Assembly: GCA_012295275.1 (NCBI GenBank)
Contig: CM022667.1
Coordinates: 12,276,001 to 12,340,000, forward strand
Direction: 5' to 3'
DNA length: 64,000 nucleotides
Origin: Chrysomallon squamiferum
Lineage: Eukaryota; Animalia; Mollusca
The translations under genes were made by a program, and so were the position numbers. The notes under the pieces were generated by a model that saw nothing but the letters and a program-made list of their open reading frames with translations, did no database searches and was not told the DNA's origin. This document shows positions 44,263 to 57,490 of the stretch, one piece after another. Positions within the stretch are counted from its first letter, which is position 1, and the number at the start of each line of letters is the position of its first letter.

Positions 44263-44822
44263 CTAATTAGAGTTAATTGGGGATGTGTACATCTGGTACC
44301 CTTTCTGTTCACCAGTGTATTAGTCAATAACACTCAGACACTAGTATTTTGTCTCAGTTACCAGCGACGCCTCAAGTTGGAATTCTGAAGAAAGTTTCCA
44401 TCTTATTTATTTCATTTTAATTACCTTTAGTTTGATTTATTATATTTTCTATGACTTTATTTTTTATTGATTTATTTTATTTTAAAATAATAAAAAATAT
44501 ATATATAATTTTATATCTGATAGTGCATATGTGTGTATGTATATATATATATATGAATAAATGAAGAAAAGAAAAAGATGAAGTAGACAAAGAAATAAAG
44601 ATATTATTATTATATTTATTATTACCATCGTTTACCATTAGTATTATTATTTTAACCGTATTATTCAAAACGTCAGAGTGTCGAAATTATCTTAGCGTGG
44701 TACATCTAATTATCAGAAAAACACTTAGTCCCATAAAACAGAAAACAGAACTTTAACCATAAACTAAATTTCCGTCAAGCGAGGTACTGCATAATTGCAT
44801 TCACTATTTCTCACGTGTCCTG

Positions 44823-45123
<301 letters not shown>

Positions 45124-47582
45124 ACGATTCACAGTTTAACGGACACGGTAGCCTCCATTTCAAACGTCTATCTGGTGACCGTGACTGGCTCGAGGCTCGT
45201 TCGAGTCACGTTCAGCGCAGACGACAAAAGTAAAAGAAACGATGACGGGCAGGTGTTGCGTTACCTGGATCACGCCAGATTTACCCGAACAGTGAAAACA
45301 CTCCATTGAAGCGCATAATAATAAGGATCAAAGTGTCTCCGTTTTTATCTCCCTCCTCGCCGTGTGCGCACCGTGTTTTTCAGCCACGTATGAAAACACT
45401 GATGCTAATTCGATTGTGTAGGGAATCCAAGAAACACTATTAGGAGAGGTCAAAGTGCGGCCCACCCAAAGCGAAGACAGTGACGATGAAAAGTCTATTT
45501 ACACTCGGCTCCAGTGGCTGTGTAATCTATTAGATGTGTGTTCTTTGTATATCTGTATCCCTTTCTCTCTCTCTCTCTTTATCAGCTATCTACATAATTG
45601 ATTATCTTCTGTTGTGTCTGTATAATCTATTTATCTGTCTATCTATCTGTCTATCTACCTTTCTTTCTTTCTTCCTTTCGTTCTTTCTTTCTTTCTTTCT
45701 GTATCAGTGTCTATCTATCTATCTATCTATCGGTGTCAACCTGTTTGTATATATCCGCATATGTATTTATCTGTCTGTGTGTCTGTCTGTGTGTCTGTCT
45801 GTGTGCCTGTCTAGCCATCCCAGATTTTGTGTATTTATCTGCCTGGGTCTCTCTGTATGTAATAATAATAATAATAATAATAATAATAGAAAAATAATAG
45901 AAAATTACTGTTGCAAAGGAGCACAGACATATCCAAAATTCATTCACTTTTTTTTTACAGCAGGAATTGTTTTTCGTAGCAGTTAATAATAAACTCATAT
46001 GAAATGGGCTATGTTAAGGAACATTTTTCTTGGCATAGAAATTTTATTATTTTATATTTCATTTCGTATTTTAAGGAACATTTTTCTTTTTTTTATTTAT
46101 TATTTTTTTTATTATTATTATTTTTTTATTTTTATTTATTTATTTTTTTTAAAGTTTTTTAAGTTTTTGCATTTCCTTCATTTCATTCTCCGCATGCTTT
46201 CTTTGTCTCTAACATGTTACGTAAAATTCGTCAAAAATTAAAAACAGACATTAATGAAGAGAAGAAAGCAGTGAAATTGCCATCTGTATAAATTAGCATC
46301 ATTATTAATATCCTTATGTTTTTTTTTTTTTTTATTTAAATATTTCATTTCGTCCTTTCTTCTTGGGCGACATTTGTCTGTCTTTTTCTGTAACGACCTG
46401 TTTCGTGTTGTCAGATCTCGCGAGACGTGCGTGTTCGAGATTTGACAGAGACCAAACGTGTCTCCGTGTTTAGAGAGCGTGAGTTTGCCTCCGTGTGGGA
46501 GACCCCTCTTAGGCGAGAAGCGAACAATTAGCAAACAGAAGAATACAAACAAAGCGATTAACTTTAAAACCAGAAGTCGCTTGTGGAACTAACAGAAGTC
46601 TCCTGGGCCTGGCGGGACAGATTTACTGCCCCATTTTTTTTTTTTTTTTGACATGCGCACTCGAGGTCCGCTTGTGTCATGGTGGAGCAGAAAATATCAG
46701 GGGATTGATATAGTTTATAATCATCCACTTAGCGCTGTTATGGTTTATATATTTTTTTTCTTTCTTTTTATTTGTTTGTTCGTTTACTCATTTATTTTTC
46801 TATTTCATTCATTCATTTATCTTTCTTTTTCTTTTTTTTTCTTTTTTTTTTTTTATTTTAAATTTCTCTAATGAATTAACTGAAAAAGGTAAATCTGGAA
46901 TATTACAAGCTAATTAATTCTACTCTTAAGTTAAATGAAACCACCACTAGAATCTATTCTGATCTACATAAACAGGACTCGCTTTACCAAACTTTGTTTT
47001 ACTGCACCTAGTTACCTCTACCCACAGCACCTTACCTTAGCCTAGTCTGAACATATCTCTGAATGTAATAATGATAGTCTCTGTTCCACACGTTCTCTGG
47101 GTTTAAATTTTCAATCATTTATCGTTCTATCTTAACCAAATGTATTCCGTGACAAAGGAAATATAAAATATATATATACGTTAAAAATAAAGTATATTTC
47201 TGTAAGCACTGAATGTGTTGCTTATGTTTTTAATCTTTGTGTTAAAAAAAAAAAAAAAAAAAAAATCGGCTGTGAGTTTGAATCATCTCCTGTGTGGTCT
47301 ATGCTAGTTTAATTCATGTAAATGGCCCACTTTCTTTTTTTATTCATGCTTTTCTTCTTCTTTTTTATTGCTTTTCCGTGTAAGTTTAACATATGTATAA
47401 TGTTTCTTTGTGGATTTCGTGAATGTTTTTTTTTTTTCAGTTTTATCATTGTAAATGCATTTTTTTTTTTTTTTTATAGTTAATATTAGTATTTAAGATC
47501 ATGAAAACGTTTAACGGTAAATAGTTTTCAGAGGAAGTAATGACTTTAAAAGCCATGAAAAATCCTACTACTACTACTGTTT

Positions 47583-47617
<35 letters not shown>

Positions 47618-47774
47618 GCTGCTGCTTCTACTACTACTACTACTACTACTACTACATCTACAGCTACAATTAAAACTTCTATAAGTGTTATTATCATCAT
47701 CATCTTCATTGCATAATACCACGGTAATAATAATTCAATAAACAAACAAATAAACAAACAAACATACAAACAAA

Positions 47775-47821
<47 letters not shown>

Positions 47822-48203
47822 ATCTAATTATAAAATAAAAAAATAAAAATAAATAAATAAATAAACCAAACAAACAAACAAAGAAACAAAAAAAAAAAAA
47901 ATAAATAAATAAAACACAGCAATACAAAAAGATCAAGAAACACTAAATAAATAAAATAAAAGATAGACATAAAACCCCACAATAAAAAAATAACCTCAGT
48001 AATAACTGCTATTGTCTAAAGTAACAGTTTTTCTCTTGTAAAGAAATGTACTTTTACACTTCGACCTGCTGTTACCCGCATCATCGAGGAGGCCATCTTG
48101 AAATTTTACTGCTCTGACTTGTACATCGGGAAATAAAAAAAAGCAGAATAAATTTTAACACTGAATAAGTCGCTATCTTTAATCTCCCACACCAGCTTTA
48201 TGG

Positions 48204-48242
<39 letters not shown>

Positions 48243-48245
48243 CTT

Positions 48246-48287
<42 letters not shown>

Positions 48288-48495
48288 TAGAAAATTATTA
48301 GCTGTTTGTTCAGACATAGTTTTATTCTAAAGGTAACGCCGGCGATAGGCAACACGTGTCTAGGCCACGACGGCCGTACATAAACCCTGAGTTGAGGTAA
48401 GCACGTGTTTAACGGTTGATTGTTTGACTGATTGAACTGGTGTGAATGCAGTGAAAGTGCAAAAATATATCTTTAAAAAAAGCAACAACAAAACG

Positions 48496-48530
<35 letters not shown>

Positions 48531-48583
48531 TCAGATAAGGTGTATTTTCAACATAGAACATTCATAACAACTGTACAATGTAC

Positions 48584-48615
<32 letters not shown>

Positions 48616-48654
48616 TTTCTTGAACCGAATATAACAAAACAAAAAAATGACAAC

Positions 48655-48813
48655 TAAATTCTCCACTTGACATTTTACATAAAAATGTTTTTTATTTTTT
48701 ATATTTTTTTTTATTTCTTCTTTCTTCATCCATTCATGATGCGAAACATTTATCACTTTTGACGCACTCAAAAATATATATAAAAAAAAAAAATATTGTT
48801 CAATATACATTCA
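48655..48813 (+). repeat. Dispersed repeat, copy 1 (direct copy at 53559-53663)
   Basis: taaattctccactt(g/c)acattttaca...atttcttctttcttcatc...g(c/t)gaaacatttatcacttttg...tcaatatacattca is shared with 53559-53663. Confidence 0.85.
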
Positions 48814-49262
48814 TTGGTCAAACACAAGAAAACGGTTGCCTGGATACCTTCGAGGGCAAACGAAATCATTCGCATTGTGACGAAGAAAAAAAAAAAAAAT
48901 CAAGTGAATGCCAAGCCACTGTACAAATAAATACATGTTAATCGGGTATCAATCGTTTTACCCTGTACCGGTTAAACCCTGCCTTTTGTCACACAAATAT
49001 GACTCTTTATGAAAACCACAATGACGACGACAGTGCCTCATAGGTTGTTTGGATGGACACTATTAATCGTAAGCAATCAAATTCCAATTTACACCTTCTT
49101 CTTCTGCCTCTTAAACACACCTGTCACAAGCTAATGTTTTATATTTTTCTGTGGCATAAATTTATCTCAATATAATCTGCAGAACTTACAAGAGATGATT
49201 AATCTTTCGTACACATTAAATTGACAAGTGAACAAAATACACATGCTTTTAAATTAACATAT

Positions 49263-49297
<35 letters not shown>

Positions 49298-50564
49298 CTT
49301 AGAGGTTGAAAAAAAAGAGAAAGTAACAGTGGAAAAGAAGAAATCGAAAGTCCGCTGATTTTTGGTGATCATTTGGGCAGAAAATTGGATATTTAATTTT
49401 TTTTTTTTAAGACTTGTATAAAAAGAAAAAGTTAAATATGTTGTTTTATGTTTATGTATTTCAGAATTAATGTGTTTTCCGATTTTGCGATTATCTTAAA
49501 GAAACTGAAGTAAAGGTGCTTGTGTTCATTTAGTGTTAAAAATAATTCAAGTATTTGTTTTCAAGAGTCATTCTTATGCTTCAGTTTGCATTTTATTTAA
49601 TTTTATTTTATAACTTTTCTATTTATCAATTATTTTTTTTTTTTATTTCTCGAGTGATAGAGAGAGAAATAAAGAAAAAATACAGAGGTATGAAAGGTGA
49701 ATATGATTCATATGTCAGGTATTTTTTATATATCAGTATATCACTATTTTATCAGTATATTTACTACTGTTTAATGAACGCAGGAAAAATTAATATTATC
49801 ATATACTTCTCTTTTTTTGTAATAAGCTTGTTCATGGTTTCATTTGTTTTTTTTTTTTTTTTTTTAATCTATTTTGTTACTAAATATACCTAGATTTAAA
49901 ACAAAATTATTCTTACTTGTAAAAAATATAACCATTTAAACAAAAAGGAAACACATTATTAATATACGACAATTCTTTTCAGCAAAAGAAAACAGAATTT
50001 TGGTACCACAATTGACAATACATTTTTAAAATAACCACACAGTTTCTGTCCACAAATGTCGCCCTCCCCCAAATCCTCCAGGAATTTCGTGTCCACCTAC
50101 TGACCACCAGAGCAATCAGGTAAGCACTTCTCACCTGCTGGTCAGTATGACAAAAATTCGTCTTTTCTAGCCTCGCTTTCGCATTCAGGCATGCCTCGGA
50201 GTCAAGCAGCCTCCATTTTTTCAGCGACTGCTTCAAATTTCACATCGAGTCTCTACTCGGAGAGGATCTCTCCACCCTGTCACAGACGGACCCGCCCCGA
50301 ATTGTCACTGTAACACCTTCGCTTGACCACTGGTCATTTAGTCACGGTATTTGGCAAAAGTCACACCCATTGTTTTTAGTCAGTGTTGCCTTTTGGCTTT
50401 ACCGCTTTCACAAATAAAGACATGTCCAGTTTGTCTGCACTCGTTTGGCCAAAAAAAAAAAAAAAAAAAAAATTAAAAATTGTTTTTAAAAAATCATGGC
50501 GCTAAATACACTGTCAGGAATGGCGCGTGCACACCCGGCTGCTTTCCTCGAGACGAGCACGTGC

Positions 50565-50767
50565 CTAAGTGAAACTATTTTCCTTTCCGATATAACAGGA
50601 GCGAGCGCGTTCTTGGCACGGATAACACCCTCCTACCCTTTTCTTCACAGCTGTGTGCTCGGGGGACACAACGTGGATGTCCACTTGTACGCCGTCGTCG
50701 TAGCTGCATCTGTCATTGTTGATCTCCGCGCTGTAAAAGTGTTGACCTGGGGGGTTGTGGCACAAGC
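50565..50767 (-). CDS. Candidate terminal exon of the Irx-like gene (GLCHNPPGQHFYSAE...KENSFT*); it would be 3'UTR if the 51.5-kb exon is included
   Basis: Acceptor ttttcttttgtcttcgcag|GC at 50768/50767. Phase-1 joining (G+GC) lands in the open frame of track ORF 50565-50876 and runs 67 aa to TAG. The sequence is GC-richer and non-repetitive. Confidence 0.5.
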
Positions 50768-51119
50768 CTGCGAAGACAAAAGAAAATAGCAGAAATGAGA
50801 AAATGTTGTTTGTCAACACACACACACACACACAAAAACTGAATTTCTGTCGTGGTTCCAACGCGTTTCGAGTCAAAACACAGAAGTTATGTCAGCGCTC
50901 GAGTGTCAAATAGCTGAACTCGGGGGAAAAGAAATATAACATAATAATAAGTGACTTTTTCAACTTGCTGTGTCCACAAGTTAACTAAAATAATAATAGA
51001 ATAATGATAATATTAATCACTGTTGAAAGTAATGCTGATCGGTGCTTAAAGAATGACAGCGTTTGTCCAATAATTTTCATCTTTATATTCAATATGTCAG
51101 AAACAAAAAAAGTCTAGAA

Positions 51120-51362
51120 TGACATAGATACATAGAAACATATATAGACATTCATATACACACATACATACATATAAATATATATAAACATACACACATA
51201 CATGCATGAATGCATATATACATACAAACATACATACATACATATATGCATACAAACATATATACATACATACATACATACGTACATACATATATACATA
51301 CGTACGTACGTACGTACACATACATTTACAAACACACACCAACACATACATACAGACAGACA
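51120..51362. repeat. Compound (CATA)/(CGTA)/(GACA) microsatellite
   Basis: Direct reading. It lies in the predicted small intron 50768-51394. Confidence 0.92.
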
Positions 51363-51394
51363 GATGTACAAACAGATAACTGTTTTTAACTTAC

Positions 51395-51561
51395 GTTTCA
51401 TTTTCTTGTGCTCCACCAAGAATATGTTTGTTTGTCAATGGATTTCAAAATACATTTGGACACAGAAGAAAACGATGATGCAAAACGAACAATAGAGGTG
51501 AAGAAGATAGAATTTTCCCTGCACTAGATGTTAGACTCTACCAGGCGACTAGGTGCAACGG
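51395..51561 (-). CDS. Candidate stop-containing exon of the Irx-like gene (coding part 51524-51561, adds AVAPSRLVESNI*)
   Basis: Strong acceptor ttaac...tttctttttcgttttttttttgcag|CC at 51562/51561 and a consensus donor AAC|gtaagt at 51395/51394. Phase-1 joining to the 59209 donor gives 12 residues then TAG at 51524-51526. No transcript evidence. Confidence 0.4.
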
Positions 51562-51654
51562 CTGCAAAAAAAAAACGAAAAAGAAATAAGTTAAAATAAA
51601 AATTTAGAAAAATTTTAAAAAACCGTTATAATCAGAAAACTCCTAAAAGGAATA

Positions 51655-51742
<88 letters not shown>

Positions 51743-52552
51743 ATATGTAATAAAATTAAATTAATAATTCGGTACATTTTATCATTCAAATATATGTATT
51801 TATATATATATATATATATATATACATTTATGTACAGAGATGTTAAAAAATAAATTAATTAATTAAATAATTATAGATATCTCCAAACGTATTCATTAAT
51901 ACATTTATTTCTCAAATATATTTCATAATTTAATTCATTCATCAAGACATTTAAATAAAATTAGCGTTCTGCCTGAATGCAGTCGTTCGTTCGTTCGTTC
52001 ATTCTTTCATTTATTCAATCATTTAGTCATTCTTCTATTAATTTGTCAGTTTATCGATTCGTTCGTTCACCCACTCATTTATTTTAATTCATTTTAATTC
52101 ATTAATTTTGCCAATTTATCAATTCTTTAATTCATTCATTTATTCTTGTCTCTATTAACAGTCAATTTCTTTCTTTTCGTTTCTTTTTCTTTTTTTTCCC
52201 CCGTTCTTTCCTTCAACTTTCTTTTTTAACCAGTTTCGACAGTGCGCTTGATTCGGGAAGTTATTCGCCTGGAACTATTTAATTGACAGAGTGCACCCTC
52301 GTGTATCATTACGCCGGCAGAAAATGATACCGACATTACGGCATGACAGCGCGCGCTATTCCCACGCGCCTTTACCCGCCAATACGTCACGTGTTTTCAA
52401 CTGGACCGAAGGAATAACTGAAATAGATTCGTCTGAGAGCTCGTGGGGTTAATTCTTTCTATCGAAAGAAATGTAGAAAGCTGTGCCTGGGAATGGTAAA
52501 CGAATTTTAATCTCAAAAGCCTTTTTCGTTAATCAGGGGAAGCGAGTGAAAC

Positions 52553-52555
<3 letters not shown>

Positions 52556-52622
<67 letters not shown>
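52556..52622. repeat. (GA)n microsatellite
   Basis: Direct reading. Confidence 0.98.
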
Positions 52623-52625
<3 letters not shown>

Positions 52626-52676
52626 TATGATACAGAAAATTCTGAGTTAAACCTAATTTACAAAAAAAAAAAATTA

Positions 52677-52713
<37 letters not shown>

Positions 52714-53558
52714 TATTAATCACAAACACTTTCTACAATGTACAAGACGTTCGTTTCACGGCGCTAAAAAATATTTATGTTTTACAAATCTGCTGTTTTA
52801 CTCACTAATAGGAAAACGTATACATGTTTGTTATTTTAATTCACCATCCATTTACAGCGACAGATTTTACCGAGTGTTTCTATAAACAAAATTCTGCAGA
52901 CGATGTCAAAATGTCGTGACTGCCTGCTGAGTTAATGAAATCACTGGTGCTCTGCTAACTATGGAGGAAATAACGCATCCTGGTTAACATTTCGTTTTAC
53001 AACGGTATTGATTATTTTATTTATTTATTTAAGAAGAGAAAGAAGAAGTAAAAAAAAAAAAAGTAAAAAAATAAACGTAATAAAATGATTTAAAAGAGAT
53101 TATTATTATTGTTGTTGTTAGTAGTAATTGTATTTATTTATTTATTTATTTAATATTTCTGTTGTTGTTATTATTATTATTTATTTATTTATTTATTTAT
53201 TTATTATTCTTGTTGTTGTTGTTGTTATTATTATTAATTTTATCATTATTAATGAAACAAATAAGCATAATAATACTACAAAAATAATAAACTAAATATT
53301 AAAACAAAATAAATAAATAAATAAAATAATTTTGATTTCAAATTTTATATTACTTTCTTTTTTTTGTTTTCTTAACAAAAAAATCCATACAAACTAATTT
53401 ATTATATAGAATTTTATTTTTAAATTTTCATTATATAAAAATCGTTTAAAAATGCCCCATACAGCTAATTATATTAAATTTGTTTGAAAATTAAGAATAC
53501 TAAAATTTTAAAATTCAAAATAGTTTCTTCTAAAATGTTAAAACAGTTTGAAAAATTT

Positions 53559-53663
53559 TAAATTCTCCACTTCACATTTTACAAAAAAAAGATTTTTTAA
53601 ATTTCTTCTTTCTTCATCTATTCCTTATGTGAAACATTTATCACTTTTGTCAATATACATTCA
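53559..53663 (+). repeat. Dispersed repeat, copy 2 (internally shorter than 48655-48813)
   Basis: Same blocks in the same order and orientation as copy 1. It lacks the acgcactc...aaatattg segment. Confidence 0.85.
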
Positions 53664-53696
53664 ATATACATTCAATATGCATTCAGTATACATTCA
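53651..53696. repeat. 11-bp tandem repeat (CAATATACATT) x4
   Basis: caatatacatt caatatacatt caatatgcatt cagtatacatt ca. Confidence 0.95.
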
Positions 53697-54756
53697 AAAC
53701 TGAAAACTCCTAATACTAATAAATTAAAATCGTTTGAAATTGTCTAATATTAAGTATAATGTTATAAAATTATGTAGAACTGCTAATATTAATGAATTAA
53801 TATAGAACGACATTTAATGCTTAATGTTGTTATTTACTAAATTAACATATTAAAATGTTATTATATTCAATTTAGTATTTTATAAATTATGATACTGATA
53901 ATATTAATAAATTAAAACTGAATGAAATCTAATATAACTACAATAACTTTTTCACTACTAAAATTAGTTTATATTAAAATTCATAATATTATAATTGTTT
54001 GAAAACTTTTAATACAATATATCCAAACTGAAAAATCCTTATTATAAACATTAACACTATGTGAAATTTCCTAATACTATATAATATATTTGTTTAAGTG
54101 TTTGAAAACTGTCAATTCAAACAATTAAAATTGTTTAATTTAATTTATTAAAATTGAAAACTCCTATTACATGTACATTAAAAAATTTTTAATACTATTA
54201 AATTTAAATATTTCAAAAATTCGTAATATTATTAAATTAAAACTTTTGGGAAAACTCCTAATACTAACATATTAAAACTATACGAAAACTCTTAACATAT
54301 AAAAAAAAAAAAAAAAAAAAAAAAAATTAAACTGGAAAATTCTTAATACTATTAAAATAAAATTGCCTCGGAAACTCCTAACACCATTAAAATAAAACTG
54401 TTTTGAAAACTGTCAACACTATTAAAACAAAATTGCCCGAAAAGCTCCCCTAACCCCATTAAATTAAAACTGTTTGAAAACTGCTAATACTAACATATTA
54501 AAACTGTTCCACGTCTGTAACACGAGATATTGCGGTGTTCCGAATGATGAAAACCTCTGGTAGCGTTTTTTAACGACTGCTTTCACGGAAATCACGCTGA
54601 AGACGGGCGTTCAAAGAGCGCACGAAAGAATTAAAATAAATGAATTTGATGTCTTCGTTCTTGTTCGTAGCGTGTCGTTTTTAATTCTCCTTAGTATTCG
54701 TTTCCTAATTTGCTTTTCTGTTTCTTTTTTTTTTTTTTTTTTTTTTTCTTAAACAT

Positions 54757-54790
<34 letters not shown>

Positions 54791-55224
54791 CGTTGCTCTG
54801 TCAAAATGACTGAAATCACAAGTGAGTTCCTTTTTTTTCAATTACTTTGTTGTATTAAGACCCGCTAATGCTGTCGATGTAGCATGCGGAAAAAAGCGGT
54901 TTTATTGACCTCATGCGTCGAACGCCGTCCAATTTGGCACATCTTTCACTGTTCAATACAATTTCGCGGAAGGTTTATTAAACGTTTGATCTATGGTTTC
55001 CGCCTGTCCACAACACTTGTCATTTTCAAATGAAGCCAAATCTTATACCTCTAATTTTTTTTTTTTTTTAACTTTTATTTTTTTATTTTTTTTTTTTTTT
55101 TTTTAAAACCATACATTTCGTGTTGGTTTGTCCTAGTGGAATAGGCCACAAGATGTTGATCCCTTTGATCTAGTGAAACCCCTGATTTTTCTTCTTTTTT
55201 TTTTTTTCTTTTTTTTTTTTTTTT

Positions 55225-55960
55225 TCGCCTGAACGTATTGAAAGAAAAGTTAAATTAACTGGTTATCCTTTTTATCGGCCGTGCTGATCCATTTAGCGTA
55301 CACAAAGATCATGGCGGGGCAGAGAACATCTGTGGACTGAACTGAGAGAAACATTTCAATAAAGAGCCGACTTCAAGTGCCCCGACCCATCCCTCCATTC
55401 TTTCCCCCAAACACTATTAGCCCATGTCAAATTTCACAGGGCCAAGTTATTATAAACACCGGCTTTTGTGGCCATTTCGTTTAGGCTCTCTGTTTAAGAT
55501 GTCTCATTATTTCCAATTATCGATCGACAACTTTATAAGGCTCAAGTGGCCTTGCTGACCACTTTTACGTTGCAGTGCCTTTAAAAAGAGACGGCCATAC
55601 AGAAACGGCCCCTGCTTCATTCTCAAGTGTCCGCCATGCGAATGATCCCTTCAGGGTCATTGATGAGACCCGTATGACGATCCAGGGTCCATTAGGTCTA
55701 TTGGCGATGACTTTATCATGACACCTCTCAATTGTCAATTAACAGTGAATAAATCTGCCACTTCGCCCGCCACTAACATCGCCGCCTTCGCACCCGGGGT
55801 ATAGAAATCTTCTCTCAGATTACGATTAATCATGTTTCGTTTTCAAATTAATACGACCGTACCGTGATGCGCGAGAGAAAAGCCGCGTCATCAAGGTACA
55901 ATAAATATCGTGTCCATTTCAAATGGAATTGACATGGTTTCGACATGTTTCGTAGTGGCA
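55225..55960. promoter_or_regulatory. Candidate intronic enhancer island in the Irx-like gene
   Basis: Unique GC-richer island, repeat-free for ~700 bp, with a TCF-type CCTTTGATC just to its left (55162-55170). Confidence 0.3.
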
Positions 55961-56179
55961 TTTCTCGCTCGTTTTCTCACCTATGCAACGCACCTGTAAA
56001 GACTTTTAAGCGGGGGGTGTTTCCGCTTAATGTGAACATGTTTATTTATGACTGTTGTTGTTTTGTTAAAATGTTCCATCTCGCTTCAGTGCATCTATTT
56101 AGACAAGACATGCACATAATTTATTACAACAAAGAGCAAATGATTTCATTTAAACGATTGTAAGCGCGAATGAATGAAT

Positions 56180-56282
56180 GGGAATATATGTATGGCTATA
56201 TATGAATATATGTATGTATGTATGTATGTATATATAAATATGTATGTATGTATGTATGTATGTTTGTATGTATGTATGTATG

Positions 56283-56341
<59 letters not shown>

Positions 56342-56397
56342 TTGTAAGTATGTATGTGTATATATATATATATATATATATAAATGTGTGTGTGTGT
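56180..56397. repeat. Compound (TATG)/(TA)/(TG) microsatellite
   Basis: Direct reading. Confidence 0.95.
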
Positions 56398-57335
56398 TTA
56401 TCTGTATACGCAAATATGTATGTTTCTATCTATTATTATCCTGGTTTTTTTTCAGAGTAATTTTTTATTATTATTTAAGTCTTTATCTGTCAGCCCAGTT
56501 ACTTACTGTACGCTTAAACAAATAATTTACAATCAACATTACGGTATGAACTTCCGACTTGTTCGCGAAGAATGTAGACACGTCACGCGTAATAAAAACA
56601 AGTTACTTTGCATCTGACACTTGACCGCAATATTATTCAACTTGAAACATGTTCGTTTCATCTGCCACGTATTTACGTTATTTGAAAAACGGGGGATGTT
56701 ACCGTATAACCTGTATTATATGTCGACACTTTGCAAATTTATCGTTTTGCGAAACGCTTGGTTCCGACAAAAAAAACAAAAAAAAAACAGGTTAGAGTCA
56801 TTACTGAAATTATAAGGATTGCCGTTATCGGGTTCTGAATCGCTCGGAATTCTTGCGATGACCCTAAAGGTCATTTTGTCGGTTAGATGATGATAAATAT
56901 CGTGTTGTAATGGCGGCAAAGATGAAATATGGCCGCTACATCAAATACAGGTTGTGTCCTGCGTGACCTCCAAGGGTCAGAATGAATATACGTCTCCTCA
57001 GCAGAAGTTATCTGTTATGTCAAATTTGTTACAGTTTTTTCTTTTTCGTAAGTGTTTATCTCAAAGGGAAAATCGCATTTATTTCATTTTAAATGATGGA
57101 CTTGTTTTCGTTTATCAGTACATTAAAACACGTTTATTTAAAAGATACGCGAGTTGGTGAATTTACATAAGCTGATGAATTTACATCTCTGGTAAAACAT
57201 TTACTGTTTAAAATAGTTTATACAAAAAAAAAAAAAAAAAAAAAAATTAAATTAAAAAAAAAAAAAAAAGAGGTGCAGTTTGATATAGTAATTTCATTTT
57301 TTATTAGATTTAAAATACCAGTATCTACAAATAAA

Positions 57336-57337
<2 letters not shown>

Positions 57338-57427
<90 letters not shown>

Positions 57428-57490
57428 CCCTCCTTGTGTATATATATATATATATAGATATAGATAGATAGATAGATAGGTAGATAGATA
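57338..57490. repeat. (CT)n followed by (TA)n/(GATA)n
   Basis: Direct reading. Confidence 0.96.

Larger units (their letters stand above)
53440..54510. repeat. Degenerate AT-rich minisatellite, unit ~34 bp, consensus near GAAAACTCCTAATACTATTAAATTAAAACTGTTT
   Basis: Recurrent aaaact(c/g)ctaatact(a/t)...aaattaaaac units, clearest at 54250-54510 and progressively decayed leftwards. Boundaries are approximate. Confidence 0.75.
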
